Source: Ostrea edulis (lineage: Eukaryota). From it: DNA of 64,000 nt. Shown here piece after piece: positions 35,423-49,120 of the stretch. The notes beneath the pieces were generated by a model. It ran no database searches. It saw only the letters and a program-made list of their open reading frames with translations, and was not told the origin of the DNA. Position 1 is the first letter of the stretch. Each line of letters starts with the position of its first letter. The stretch lies in contig NC_079169.1 in assembly GCF_947568905.1 (NCBI RefSeq), positions 72,540,001 to 72,604,000 on the forward strand. Direction: 5' to 3'. Made by a program: the position numbers and the translations under genes.

Positions 35423-36604
35423 CCGATCTCCACGTCGCATCTTTTATCAACCCCAGACTTATGACGTCACGTCGCTGCAATTTCTGCAATGATGTTATGA
35501 ATATATAATCATGACACAAGACATTTACAGTACTTTCTTTTGTTTGTATGAAATTATTGTACAGAGGGGCGTTACTTTAAATATAGAATAGTTCTTATAG
35601 ACTATACATGTATATACTTTTTTTCTAAACAACTAGTGCAAGGGGTCGTTTTCAGATCAAAGGATCCCTGACTCAAGATATTTTGATAATGATAATAGTC
35701 TGTATTAATCAACTGTATCAAGATTTTTGAAATAATAATAACACTTCATTTAATGAAGGAAGCTTGATAAGTTCAATACACTTATCCTCCTTGAGGTTTT
35801 TTATGGTAATATACACTTCATGGAAACTTATAATTACAATGAAAAGTGGGACAAACTGACTGACAGATAAGGGAGATAGGTAGACAAACGATGAGATAAC
35901 CAATATTGTCCCTTTCGATTCCATCGAAAGAGGATTAATATAGATATATTAGTAAACCACATACCAAATTTCAGCATCAAAGCATGCATGGTGAAACAAG
36001 TCTGGAAAACAAGAAATTGTAGAAGTTCATTCAACCATGAAACTAAGTCTTACAATGTTTGTTAGAATAGGTCAACGAGAACAAAACGAGACTTGATCTG
36101 TGTCTACTCATTAGGTAATCACGTGTCTTCCAGATTTATAATGGAAAAATATCCAGAAAACTATATTCGACACGAAGTCCCAAATATCTCGTAGAGATCA
36201 CGTTTAAGTTTCATCACAGTGGACTGATTTTTACGAAATCAATGGAACTTTGTGTCGAGTGTAGTTTTCCAGACTTTTTTCTACAATGCTAACTTTGGAA
36301 CGTGGTTATCGGATGAGTAGATACAAATTGTGTTTCACTTTTGCTACAGCTAATTTACTCTAACAAAATTGTAAAATTTAGTCACATGGTTGTCTGAATT
36401 AATTCTTGCATTCTGTCTAGTTCTCTAAAAAAAATTATTGTGCGAGATGTACATAATTTAAGGCATACCAAATTGCAATAGAGTTCGTCTGATTCGCCGC
36501 CTCTAAATTATAATACTTCCTAGTATTGAAAAATGATTTCTGCCTGCTCGTCCAAATATACATGTAAATGGTCATACTGATATCCATCAAATAAATAGGG
36601 GGGA

Positions 36605-36836
36605 CCCGTAGGGGACGTGTAATAGGGGGCGCCAGTAGGAGATGTGTAATAGGGGCGCCAGTAGGGGACGTGTAATAGGGGCGCCAGTAGGGGGCGTGTA
36701 ATAGGGGGCGCCAGTGGGGGACGTGTATTAGGGGGCGCCAGTGGGGAACGTGTAATAGGGAGCGCCAGTAGGGGACGTGTAATAGGGAGCGCCAGTAGGG
36801 GACGTGTAATAGGGGCGCCAGTCGGGGGCGTGTATT
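36605..36836. repeat. G-rich 26-27-bp minisatellite x~9
   Basis: Unit GTAGGGGACGTGTAATAGGGG(G)CGCCA; explains ORF 36520..36921. Confidence 0.92.
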
Positions 36837-37386
36837 GCTTTTGAAATACTCTCAGTATGTTTGTTTTTAGTAACAGTTTTCGAAACCTTTGGCGTTGTGG
36901 AAATGTTTTGTATTCATACATGCATCAACTTTTGTCGATTAGTTAGACTTTCAGAGATGTTATAGGAATAAGATTTACATGAAAAGTGAGTCCTGCATTG
37001 TCCTCAGACGACATACTAGTCTACACATTTCAGATGGACAAATAGACAATATAAGTTTTATACATTTTATTCAACAATCAAAATACAGCACATCCCTACT
37101 GATCTGGTCGTCTTACCCCTGTCAAAAGGAAAGAAGAAAAATCATAAGTATTTGTTCCTCTCTTTCTACACAAACCAAATCTCGAATTGGGTATCTTTAC
37201 ACGGGTATGCTTGGATACAAAAGATATAGTCTTCATGTAATGTTTTGATAAATTTGTCAAGTATTCGAACTCTTAATGATATTTTTAGGTTGATTACCGG
37301 GGATTATATTGCTGAGATCATAGAATAACAAAAACACGCACCTGTTAGTTGCTTACGCTTCCCCCACTCAGCAGTTTATATGGAGT

Positions 37387-37975
37387 CTAACCAATAATGG
37401 GGAGAGCCGTGTTGTTGGTCAAGGCGGTCAACAGAAGGACCAGAGGAACTAAAACAGAAACATTTCTATCTTACAACTGGTCAAATGATTTAAAGGGAAA
37501 ACAAGAAATTTTTCTCTATCGAATTGAAGACATATAGCTTGTAACAAACTTTAGCAAAAACGATTCTTGAATTAATAACAGGTATCAATATTATCAAAAA
37601 TATTATATTAATTTCAAACATTTTATAAGAACTGTTTTCAACTAAAACGATGGCTGAATAAAAAGACTCACTGTAGTTAACAAAGGATGAGAAGGCGGAT
37701 TGTTTGGCGAGTTTGTTCAGCTGGTTTCTCTGTTGGCGGGTCTGGTACCACTCTTGGAGGTATCTTTGTTGGTAGGCCTGTCTACTAGCATAGTTCCCTT
37801 GTCCTCCATACCCGCCACCAAGTCCTCCATACCCGCCGCCAAGTCCTCCATACCCGCCGCCAAGTCCTCCAAGGGCTGAAGTCTGTGATCCTGGATAATA
37901 ATACAGTCCTTCAACCACGACAACGGCCAGTGCGATCACGCAGGGTAAAACCATCAAGATGACGGACTTATTCAT
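37387..37975 (-). CDS. Uncharacterised secreted Gly/Tyr-rich protein P1 (121 aa, 2 coding exons)
   Basis: Exons 37975-37672 and 37448-37387 (phase 1, GTGAGT...TTTTAG). Protein: MNKSVILMVLPCVIALAVVVVEG-LYYYPGSQTSALGG(LGGGYGG)x3-QGNYASRQAYQQRYLQEWYQTRQQRNQLNKLAKQSAFSSFVNY-IPLVLLLTALTNNTALPIIG*. TATA at 38074-38067; 3'-UTR exon from 37118; AATAAA at 37071-37066. Confidence 0.85.
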
Positions 37976-39289
37976 GCTGCTGGTTAGTGTGAGCTGAAAG
38001 CGAATCCCCGACTTGTGGAATACTCAGGTGATGAGAGGAGATTGGTGATGTGCTGGTTCGTCGAGATATATATACCGATTTTTTTGTCGGTTACGTGAAT
38101 TGCGATTCCGGGTGTTACGTCACGGCTTCACAGGTACGTTAAAGTAGTCTGCGTGAAGTAACGATTGTCGAAATGGGGTAACACTTTTTAGGGAAGAGTT
38201 TCTCTGTAATAGGAGCAACCTGTGTAACTTGTGATACTGACTATTTCTATAGGGTATTTCTATAAACGTGGATACGCTGTATTAGTATAGAAAACGACAC
38301 TTCCTTATCAGTTAAATTACTATTGATTTTTGCTACATAAAAATTCTAATAAAATATATTAAGGTCATCCAAAGTATATAGAGTTTAAATTTTTCGCACA
38401 TTCAGAAATACTGATATGTAATTATATGGACGAATTGGTAAATTAATGTCTCTTCCTCAGAAATTTGAAGTTGACAGTTTGCCCTGGGGAGTGGTTCTAC
38501 AACATTGCAATTTACAATCCCGAGAACATATTTCTGTTGTTCATGAATAATGATAATAATAAAATTTATATAGCGCCTTAAATAAAACAAATTACTCTAA
38601 GACGCTTTACAGGGGTAAGAGGAGGAATGCGACGATCAAACAGAATTAAATGAAATTAAATGACAGTATGACATAAGATCAAATTATCAAAATAAAACAC
38701 TATAATTAAGCTAAAAGGTGTTGGGTATTTTTTAGTGTACGTACTCTGTTGTTTTCCCTGTTCTTCGCTAGAATTAATTTTTTTTTAAAATTCCATCGTG
38801 TCTTTCAAATTAATTTTACAAGCATTTTTGTTGAAAATATTAATCCGTTCTTTGTTTGTTTTTAATTTTTTTTTTTAAAATACGTTAAGAAATTCGTTAT
38901 TCCCAAGTGATTCAGAGTTATGAGATCTTTTTTGTTTACAGTTAAACAATTTTTTTAAAATTAATTTGTTGTATTGAGATATTGTGGACTTCGATACTCA
39001 TTGAGTAATGTATTCATTTAATGTCGACTGATACAAATATATATCCATACATATGTATTACATTACAAATGGCAGACATGTACATGTATAAGCAAAATGA
39101 TCCAGTGATTTAAGATTAAAGCTAGGAAATTGTACGTAGTAAAGAAATATCACTAGGCAGGCTCAGGCAACCTCGTGGTCCAGAGCACAGACCCCTAGGC
39201 TATCCCACATAAGTTGTTTTCCAGCAATATTCTAACTGAATTTAACTTGGTGTACAAAGTATTCAAATCCATACAAAACACAAACGACC

Positions 39290-39535
39290 GGTGGCGGTGG
39301 CCCAGTGGTTGTGGCATTCACCTCGCCACGTGGAGACCCGAGGCTGGCGCCACGTCAAACCTTGGAAATTTAACAGGTTGTTCTTTTGGATATCATCTTA
39401 AACACTGAGATAGACGTTGGCACGATAAAGAATCATCACTGCAACGAACGTAAGCGCAGTGCATGTGTCCGAATTCGTGACACTTTACCTAAAGCTTTTT
39501 GACGTCTGGAACGTAAAACAAAATACTAAGAATAC
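39290..39535 (+). mobile_element. Degenerate tRNA-derived SINE
   Basis: GGTGGCCCAGTGG...CATTCACCTCG head and GTTGGCACGATAAAGA..CAC..C body motif. Confidence 0.55.
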
Positions 39536-39929
39536 AAATTTCGTTGAAAGGATTTTAAAAGGGTTTGGAAAGGTTTATATTTTGTGGCGGAAAGATTGCT
39601 TAATCAAAAAGCTATAACAAATGCTCGATTTTACCGTTTCTTTTTCATCTAATGTATTGTCAATATCTATACTCCTACATGTAGATGTACCCGCGTGTAA
39701 AGATGTTGTTTGTGATTGTCAATTTTCTATACATGTTTACCAATTATCAAAACGTATGGGGTTTTTTTATTTATCGATTTACTCATTTAAAATGGGTTTC
39801 CTTCAGTAATATAATTAAGTGTGCAGTGTGTTATACGTGTATATTGTTTGTTGGTTTTTTGTTTTGTTTGTTTTTGTTTTTGTTTTTTTTACGAAGTTGC
39901 GGCTTGAGTAATAAAGATATCCAATAACA

Positions 39930-40329
39930 ATATTTTCCAGGTGATATGAAGAAAATTTACACAATATAATCTGGTGTGGAGAATTTGATTTAGTTTTGAA
40001 CCCAGCTCTAGATTCTTATAATTATAAACATATAAATAATTCAATGGCTAGAAACAAAATATTAGAAATTATAGAGTCGCATGGTTATGTAGACCCCTTT
40101 AGAGAGATCAATGAAAATCTTCGTAGATAATCATGGCGGAAAAGATCCCCACTTAAACAAAGTAGACTAGATTTTTTTTACTATCTGCATCTTTACTGTC
40201 AAGCTTAAGTACTTGTAATATTGAATCTAGTTACAGATCAGACCACTCTGCAATATCTTTGTCATTAACTTTCAATGAATTAAAAAAAGGAAGGGAGCTA
40301 TGGAAATTCAACAACTCCCTACTTTACGA

Positions 40330-40371
<42 letters not shown>

Positions 40372-43300
40372 TTAGAAATTAAATTACACATGTTAAAAAA
40401 CAATATGCAGTCCCGGTTTACAACATGGATAATTTACACAGACTTCCAGATGATTTTTTTCACTATCAATGATCAGTTATTCCTTGAAACCTTGCTATTT
40501 GAAATAAGAGGTAAAAGTATTTCTTATTCTTCTTAAAGACAAAGAGGAGCAGGGTTTAATGGGGAAAAATAAAAAGTATTGAGGAAAATATTTCTAAAGG
40601 CAATGAAAATGAGTTACATGATAAACAACAAAACTAGAAAAAATTAGAAAGCATAAATTACAAGGAAATTATATAAGAAGCTGAGCTAAATGGGTAGAAG
40701 AAGAGGAGAAATCATCAAGGTATTTTTGTCAACTCGAATCAAGAAATTTTACAAGTAAGATCATTTCAAAGTTGAAAATGGATAGTGGTGATATGATACA
40801 TGATCAGTCACAAATTTTGATTGAAACGAAATCATTTTATGAAAATTTATATAAAAACAATCTAGATAATGCAGATTTAGATATAAATATTGAGCTAGTA
40901 TATGATGATATTCCTAAACTTTCAGAAGGGGAGTCTAAAAGCCTGGAGGGGGAAATTACTTTACCTGAGGCATCAAGGACACTCCTCAATATGAAATCAA
41001 TTAAATCACCAGGATCTGATGGTTTTTCTACTGAGTTTTTCAAAGTCTTTAGGAAACATATTGGTGTGTATGTTCTTAGATCTATTAATTATGGATATAT
41101 AATTAATATGCTGTCCTTCACATAAAGACATGGTGTAATTACACTGTTACCAAAGGGAGATAAACCAAAACACTATTTAAACAACTGGCGACCAATTACA
41201 TTGCTAAATACAGTCTATAAAATTGCATCCGGATCTATTGAAGTTAGATTTATAAAATATTTAGATAAATAATGGACCCAGATCAAACAGGATTCATATC
41301 CAACAGGTATATAGGCGAAAACACTAGATATATGATATAATGCATTATACTGAAGAAGAAGATATTCCCGGTCTTTCATTACGTATTGATGTCGGGATAG
41401 CCTTTGATACTTTATCATGGGATTTTATACAAAAATTTTAAACTTCTTAAAACATTGGTCCTTCCATTAGAACATGGGTTAAACTCGTCTACACAAATAT
41501 AACATCAACAATTGACCAAGGTGTCAACCTATCTGAAGTCTTTGATATTCATAGAGTTTGTAGACAAGGGGATACTTTATCTCCGTATGTTTTTTTATAT
41601 GTACAGAGATTTTGGCAATTAAAATAAGAAATTTAAAAAAATAATAAAGGCATAACTGTTGGTAATGTGGGGAAAAAAATCTCAACTTGCTGATGACACA
41701 TCAATTATTCTTGATGGTAATGAAAAGTCTTTCAGAAACTCTTAAAACTCTACATGCTTTCTCAGAAATGTCTGGACTATGTATGAATTACACAAAAACT
41801 CAAACAGTATGGATTGGCTCAAAAAATACAGTAACGATGTTCTTATTCCCAACAGTAAACCTAATTGGAGTACCATTAAATTCACTTTACTAGGAATACA
41901 TCTTGATGTCGATTTGCAAAATATGCCCAAATTAAATTATGATCCAAAATTAGTAAAAATCAAATATATTCTAAATAATGAGGGAAGAGGTACATGTATT
42001 TAACTCCCATTGGCAAGATAACAGTTATTATAATTCTTTATTGCGAAAGACATACATCTTATAGCATTATAACAAACTTGAACATGGATAATAATTACAA
42101 AGCTGAAAATAAACGGCCAATTCTTACAAAGACATCTAGCATACAATAGTATATAGTAAATACAATTATAGTATAATGATAGTAAAAAAGGAGAATGGCA
42201 TTAAAACATTAGGTCACCATTGTTGAATCATATCCTGATGTCCATTCCTAACCCATCTAATGCCTCTTGTAAAGAATTAGACAAACTATTTTTCTCTTTT
42301 GTGTGGGGTTGTTCAACCCTCAGGGTAAAGAAGGATGTAATTGTCAAGAAATATGAAAATGGCGGTCTAAAAATGATAGATTAAAAATAATTTATAGTTT
42401 CAATGAAATTGTTGTGGGTAAGACATCTTATCTCTACAAATAGGGGGTTGAGTAATTTCAAATCAAAATTTAACGTAAGTAAATTCACATCCTGTGGGAT
42501 TGAATACGCTAATCTATTTTTAAAATAATTAAAAACAAATTTTTGATAAATGTATTCAAGGCTTGGATTGAATTACAGAACACTTGTACAGAGTCTGATG
42601 TTACTGCAGATTCACCTTTGTTTTACAACCCTATGATCCATATTAGTAAGAAAATGTATTTTAATAAACATTTATTCGACAATAATATCAGACACATTAA
42701 TGATATTATTGAGGAAGATGGTACTTTTTCAGTCACGGGACTCTTAGTGCTACTTATCCAAAAGTGAAAATTAACTACTTAGAATATACAAGTATTATTC
42801 ATGCTATAAAAACTTGGATTAAGCAGTCAGGTACAGACACTAACTTTAAAAGGTTACCAAATCTTTTTATCAGAAGAAACATTTAATACAATGTATTGAA
42901 AAGAAAAAAATCAAAGTTCTTTTATGAATTTTTAAAAAGAGATGGATTCAGATTTTAGATATGGATAACAGAGAATGGAAAATTTTCAACATACTACCTT
43001 TCAAAATAACTTAAAACTGCAAACTCCAATGATTTCAATACAAAATAATTAACCGAATTTTAGCAACAAATTCATTTTTATTCAAAATTAAGGTAATTCC
43101 ACCCCTCTAGAATTATAGGTTCAATCTTATATTTGATTGTTGATTCTTCAAATAATATATCTTATTAACAAATAAAAATGATAAAATAAATATGTTTCGG
43201 TATTAATATTTCACAAAAACTGGTTGAAACGATATACAATATGTAATAGTATTCATAACAATTTCATGAAACAGTTTCTTTGAAAAATATACAAAATGTT

Positions 43301-43500
43301 TGTGAGAAATCTATCGCATAATGGATTTGATAAATAATTTAATGAAAACAGAGTCATTGCCCTTAAATTCAATATTTTGTTACATATAATTGATTATTCA
43401 TATATAACTTAGACTTTTGAAATATATGGTTAACAAGATTTTTTACAATAACAATTGAAAAAGACTCCAACAAATGTTATGTTCCTGTCATGCATAAATC
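39930..43500 (+). mobile_element. Decayed L1/Tx1-clade LINE (endonuclease + RT + C-terminus)
   Basis: Broken frames with G(D/E)F.LVLNP.LD, RLDFF, SDHS, WKFNNSLL, KSPGSDGFSTEFFK, NWRPITLLN, RQGD.LSP and LADDT. Confidence 0.85.
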
Positions 43501-45261
43501 TTATTAAATCATTGACTTTGCGAAATCTTGCATAATATCTCAATTTATGAATAAATTTCGCAGGAAAGCATATGCTTACGGAAGAAAGCATTAATTCAGG
43601 AATATATGGAAACAAATATATCTACTGTACACTTTCTAGTTTTATTAAACACCTCAACACAAGTCCGACGATCGGGGCAAGTTTGACACTACCGCGTATT
43701 TATGATCAATTATCAGGGCAACGCTTTGTTTTATTGTCACCTTTATATGACCAATAATTACGTGTTATCTGTGTAAGTTTATGCACATGCTGTCAGTAAA
43801 TAAAACCAATCGTATTCAAAATTAATGTTGTGCACGGGATGTATGTTATATGTATTCCGTAACCATATGCTTTCCTGCGAAATATATTAATGAATTAAGA
43901 TAATATGCAAAAACAAACCTCGACCATCTATATTGCCGCTTCGGTACCCTACACCCCGGTCACAACATACATGTAGCCTATACCCCGCATGTTGGGGTAT
44001 ACTCGGTGGAGTGTTGTTGTTTTTTTCCATAGGTTCAGTAATTCTAATTCTATTTATGAACAATTTCGAGAGCGGGATCTGTCTAATGATTATCTTACAT
44101 ATAGCAACTTAGGGATCACTAAAGCGTTTATTTCTTTGCTTTTTCCTGCTTCTCTGTTGTTGTTTTTGTTGTTGTTGTTTTTTTGGTGGTGGTTTTTTTG
44201 TTTGTTTTTTGGGGTGTTTTATTTTTCAATAGTGAGTACATGTACATAACTATTTTATTTCATATTGTATCATATCTTTTACAATTCTAATATCACTTAT
44301 CATTATAAGGGATAACAGACACTTGGTTTGGTTTGGGATTTGGACCGATGCTGTATGTAGCCCCCCCCCCCCCCCCCCCCCCCCCCCAATAAAATATAGC
44401 TTTCCATCGAAAAACTGGCTGTGTAGTAGTTTACCTCACACGGAAAGCTGGCTATGTAGGTGGGACACCCCCTCCTTATTATAGAAAGATTACTCCCGAT
44501 TAAAACCTGCTATGTAGTTGACTTCCGTTTCTTTCCATTCCAGTTATGTTAATAGCGGGTTGCTCTTTTCAATGATATGCAATGTTTGACAATCTTCATG
44601 CAATGTAATTTTACCATACAATCGGACACATTTAGCATCTAAAATAAAATAATAATTAAGTTTAAATTCAACGTTATTCAGATGAAAATAAGTAAAGCCT
44701 TGTCATTTACAAATTAGCCAATCAGATTCCAACTAAATTCAGAGCGCGTGCGTGTCTCTGTTGGTATCATATGTTGTAGATTTATCATATGATTAACGAA
44801 GTAATCCGATGAAACCAATTAAAACATTTTATGAATTAATATGACGGACAAAACACACTACTTCATGCATAAAATGGTGAAGATAACGACCAGTGACTAA
44901 AGAATACAAAATTAAGAGCAGGACAAGTTTATGTAACATACAGCATCTGTTTTACAAACATCGAAAGCCCAATTCACTTTCCATAAATTTAATGAAAACC
45001 CCATTACGTGTGAAATTCTACAATATAGTAAATCTTCTCCCAGGGAATGGATTTCTTTCTACGTTTTTCTTTTCAATCAGCACCACGGAGCTATGTTGGG
45101 AACGCTACGACGGTTGAAGACAGTACCTATATACCCTTTAACCCTATTCAAGAAGGATGAAATCAAAAGTCGGGCTAGATATTTAGCTATGCCGTTTAAG
45201 GGCATTGCTCCTATAGGTTATTGGTTTTATGTTTGCTAATGTCTTGTATCATTAGGAAAAC

Positions 45262-45746
45262 CATCTTCCCAAGTCAAGGGTTTCTGATCTGCTCCGCTTC
45301 ATATAAACCCTTGACCAAATGGGCAGAGTAAGACGGGTTTGCTAGTGCGCCATCTAGTGACATTACATATTCATGAACTTTAGAGACCTATGCTATTGAC
45401 TGATCAGAAAGCGCGTATCAAACAAGGATAGCGAGACCAAATGGCTACCTAGGAAGTACATGTACATTAGTTTAAGTAATTAAAAAAATTCTTTATTGTC
45501 AACATGACTTGCTATAAGTTCGCAATTAAACAAGTATCAACACTCTGTTTCATATACTTAGTTTCAGCTAAAAATATTCAAATACGAAGTATACACTTAA
45601 CCCCTGACAGCAAAGGGGAGTCACAAAGTTGACAAACTCCATGGTTTTCTGTTTAAGACTAAGTTTCCGGTATAATAAAACAATGTTTCTGATTGGCTCA
45701 TGTGTCTTCTAATGAGGCCAATCAGAGAACTGGATTTCTAACCCGT
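45262..45746. mobile_element. Degenerate MITE related to 6471-6953
   Basis: Begins CATCTTCCCAAGTCAAGGGTT...AACCCTTGAC; inner inverted repeat GCAGAGTAAGACGGGTT / AACCCGTCTTACTCTGC. Confidence 0.5.
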
Positions 45747-46089
45747 CTTACTCTGCTTCTTTACTTCTGTTTTCAGGGGAGAACACTGATATTCTTAGGC
45801 TGTACTTGGCGAAACTTGCGTGTAAAATTAATACCATGGATGCAGTACAAAATGTTTTCGGTTTGTATTAAGTGGGTCATGAAATGGAAACTTAATCAAA
45901 TGTAATTAGTAATGAAGTTATTAGATTTAATCTATTAGACATCCATTATTAATTATTCTGTGTCTGATTTTATAAAGTAAAAATCTCTGCAATATAAAAT
46001 GTCCTTGTCCAAAACTTAACATACAAGATACTTGGGGCCACTGGAGACAAAACAAGTTACATTTAATTCCACGTTTATTATCACATTTC

Positions 46090-46368
46090 TATGTTACGAT
46101 ATACGGTATGAGATTTGTATGGCTTTAGGAATGCTATGTTACGATATACGGTATGAGATTTGTATGGCTTTAGAATGCTGTGTTACGATATACGGTATGA
46201 GATTTGTATTTGTATGGCTTTAGGAATGCTATGTTACGATATACGTATGAGATTTGTATGGCTTTAGGAATGCTATGTTACGATATACGGTATGAGATTT
46301 GTATGGCTTTAGGAATGCTATGTTACGATACACGTATGAGATTTGTATGGCTTTAGGAATGCTATGGT
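46090..46368. repeat. 45-bp minisatellite x~6
   Basis: Unit AATGCTATGTTACGATATACGGTATGAGATTTGTATGGCTTTAGG. Confidence 0.92.
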
Positions 46369-46384
46369 ACTAATACGCATATGC

Positions 46385-46695
46385 TATATTTGTTTGTTTG
46401 TTTGTTTGTTTTACATCACTTCCAGAACACCGGCTGTAAGTGAAGAACCACACATTTAGACCTCTGCTTAGCGTCCAGGGTCGTAGCAGTGAGGGTACTT
46501 TAACGTACGTACACCTGCCGCGACACGAGACCTCCGTTTTAAGGTCATATCCGAAAGACCCGTATCTCTCACCTCTAAATGCCGAGTGTTTGGCGAAGAA
46601 GCAGTCATTACCCATGTTTATATCTTGGGTTTATATCTTGGCACGAGGAGGGTTCGAACTCACAATCTCGAACGCTCTATCACTGTACTACTGCT
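46385..46695 (-). mobile_element. tRNA-derived SINE
   Basis: (GTTT)n tail; body TTTTAAGGTCATATCCGAA; B-box region GGGTTCGAACTC. A Penelope-like tail follows at 46725-46872. Confidence 0.8.
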
Positions 46696-47170
46696 ACCTC
46701 GCTATAACATATCTATGCAATGCTATTACAGCCGGTGTGGGCGGTCGACAGGGAATGCTTACTCCTCCTTGGCACCTGGTATATCCAGTGGTTGGAGATT
46801 GCCCAACTCTCTATTTTGTATTACTTATAGGGAATTATGAGATTTATCCCTGTTTGTTATCTTCACCTTTCACTGAATGATATGGCATGGCACATATATG
46901 TATATCCGTATGACATAGCTTCTAGTTGCAGCTTAAATACTACAAAATAAATAACTATTACAATTATTTGAATGAAAACTGATAATCCCCACAAAGGATA
47001 CAGAATCAATTTATTGTGTGTACATGTACTACTCGAACAATTTTAAACGAAAATGTTTAATGTGGTATAAATTAATCAAGAGTTTACTTAGGTATGAAAT
47101 TTTCCCCGACTGGGTTTTTTAAGCCCGTGAAACATGTTTACGTACATCAACAATTCCCTCTTAGAGGATG

Positions 47171-47386
47171 TTCCCATCAGTAAATGTTTTCATTGTTCCC
47201 ATCAGTAAATGTTTTCATTGGTCCCATCAGTAAATGTTTTCATTGGTCCCATCAGTAAATGTTTTCATTGTTCCCATCAGTAAATGTTTTCATTGTTCCC
47301 ATCAGTAAATGTTTTCATTGGTCCCATCAGTAAATGTTTTCATTGGTCCCATCAGTAAATGTTTTCATTGGTCCCATCAGTAAATG
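47171..47386. repeat. 25-bp minisatellite x8-9
   Basis: Unit (T/G)TCCCATCAGTAAATGTTTTCATTG. Confidence 0.95.
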
Positions 47387-48710
47387 CGGCCATAGTGGCG
47401 CGCTGCCGTGCAGTTCTCATGATTTAATTTTATCATGTACTAAAAATTGTTACAGCGAAAGCGAAAGAATAAAGAATTTTTTTGAAAGCCTAGATAGGTC
47501 AAATTAGAAACACGAAAAAAACAAGTTTTACAAGTCGTAAGTATTACGAGATTAAAAATTGTGATGACGAGATAAAAAGTTGTAAGAACGAAATAAAAAG
47601 TCGTAACTGAGGGTTTCTGTTTATAAAATGAGAAAATGAGATGTCATTAATCGGTATCAAGGGGTGAGAATGGAGGAGCTGTTAAAACTGTATTTTAGAA
47701 GAACCACACTTGACTTGCTGCATATACCAAATCTAAATTCATTTCATAAATAAATCAAGTCCGTTGATTAATTCCATTCTTTTGTTACATATTTTTATAT
47801 TAATTCCCTACATATTCTATAGAGAGTATTCCCGGGCTTATTGCCAGCACTGTAAATGCCCGGGGACTACTTTAATTATCTTTATATATAACTACAGTAT
47901 TTGATAACGTAGCATGTTTTTAAATAATGATAGACGTAAATACTTTGTCTGTGATCGAAAACCTACACGATTGTGTGCTTCTAGAATTAGAAGTGCGTAG
48001 AAAAAGATTGTGGGAAATATGCTTGCTCTCGTTTGTTGCGCGGAAGAATATTCATGGGCTCGCTTTAGTCTATTGCAATATCCTGTGGGGATCAAGGTTA
48101 GAATAGGCCCTCAGTACTCCTTGCTTGTCGTAAGATTCGACAAAATGGGGGTGGTCCTTCGGATGAGACCGCGAAAACTGAGGCCCCGTGTCACAGCAGG
48201 TATGGCACGATAAAGATCTCTCCCTGTTCAATTGCCGTTAGTCCGAAATATCTGACGTTTTCTTGGCTTTCTTATGATTTTGATATTTGCCGTACCAGAC
48301 GTTTTCCTGGCACGGTAAATATCAAAATAAAAAAGCCAGGAAAACGTCAGATATTTCGGACTGAAAAGCCGTAAGCGCAGAGTATATGTCTAAATTTTGC
48401 AGTCCTTCGCCGGCAATGGCGACGTCTCCATATGAGTGAAATATTCTCGAGAGGGACGTTAAACAACATAAAATCAATCAATCAATCTATAGTCGTAATT
48501 ATGACTTTCCATCTCGTTATTACGAATTTTTATCTTGTAGTTATGACTTTTTGTCTCCTTATTTTTGTAAAACTTTTTGTTTTCGTGTTCCTAATTTGAC
48601 CGATCTAGACTTTCATAAAAATTCTTTATTATTTCGCTGTAACAATTTTAGTACATGATAAAAATAACCATTAGAACTATAAAGCAGCGCGCCACTATGG
48701 CCACATTTAC
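47380..48710. mobile_element. Element with ~230-bp imperfect terminal inverted repeats containing a nested SINE
   Basis: GTAAATGCGGCCATAGTGGCGCGCTGC... at the left versus ...GCAGCGCGCCACTATGGCCACATTTAC at the right; arms ~47380-47610 and ~48490-48710. Confidence 0.75.
48065..48490 (+). mobile_element. SINE interrupted by a ~125-bp foldback insertion (48239-48363)
   Basis: The SINE body is split by the palindrome AGTCCGAAATATCTGACGTTTTC...GAAAACGTCAGATATTTCGGACT, with an imperfect 9-bp duplication AATTGCCGT/AAAAGCCGT. Confidence 0.8.
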
Positions 48711-49085
48711 CAGCAAGATATTTCATCTCGTTATTACGATTTACTATCTCGTAATTACGACCTTTTAATTCGTTATTACGATTTTCTTAAGTTTAATAAC
48801 GACTTTTTATCTCGTTATTACGACTTACTAACTCGTAAAATTTTACGAGTTCTATATTTTTTCATGCTCCTAACTTGACCAAACCAGGCTTATGTAGATC
48901 TTCGATTTCTCAAAACAAAACATTATTTTAATGAAAAAAATCCGTACTTTTCTTTCGTTGTCAAAAGAAAAAACCTACCCCTGAAAAGATAGATATGAAT
49001 ACATATGTACTGTCACCATGCAAGGTAAAGAAAATTTGATGCAAAATATTTTCTTGTCACAGACGCAAAAAGGGCCGCAGTGAGA

Positions 49086-49120
<35 letters not shown>

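Noticed and set aside
37490-37671. C-terminal part of ORF 37490..37975 (likewise the ends of 50206..50556, 51832..52071 and 60257..60592)
   Set aside because: These are read-through into introns past strong phase-1 donors (GTGAGT, GTATGA, GTAAGT); the spliced versions give homologous tails in all four genes.
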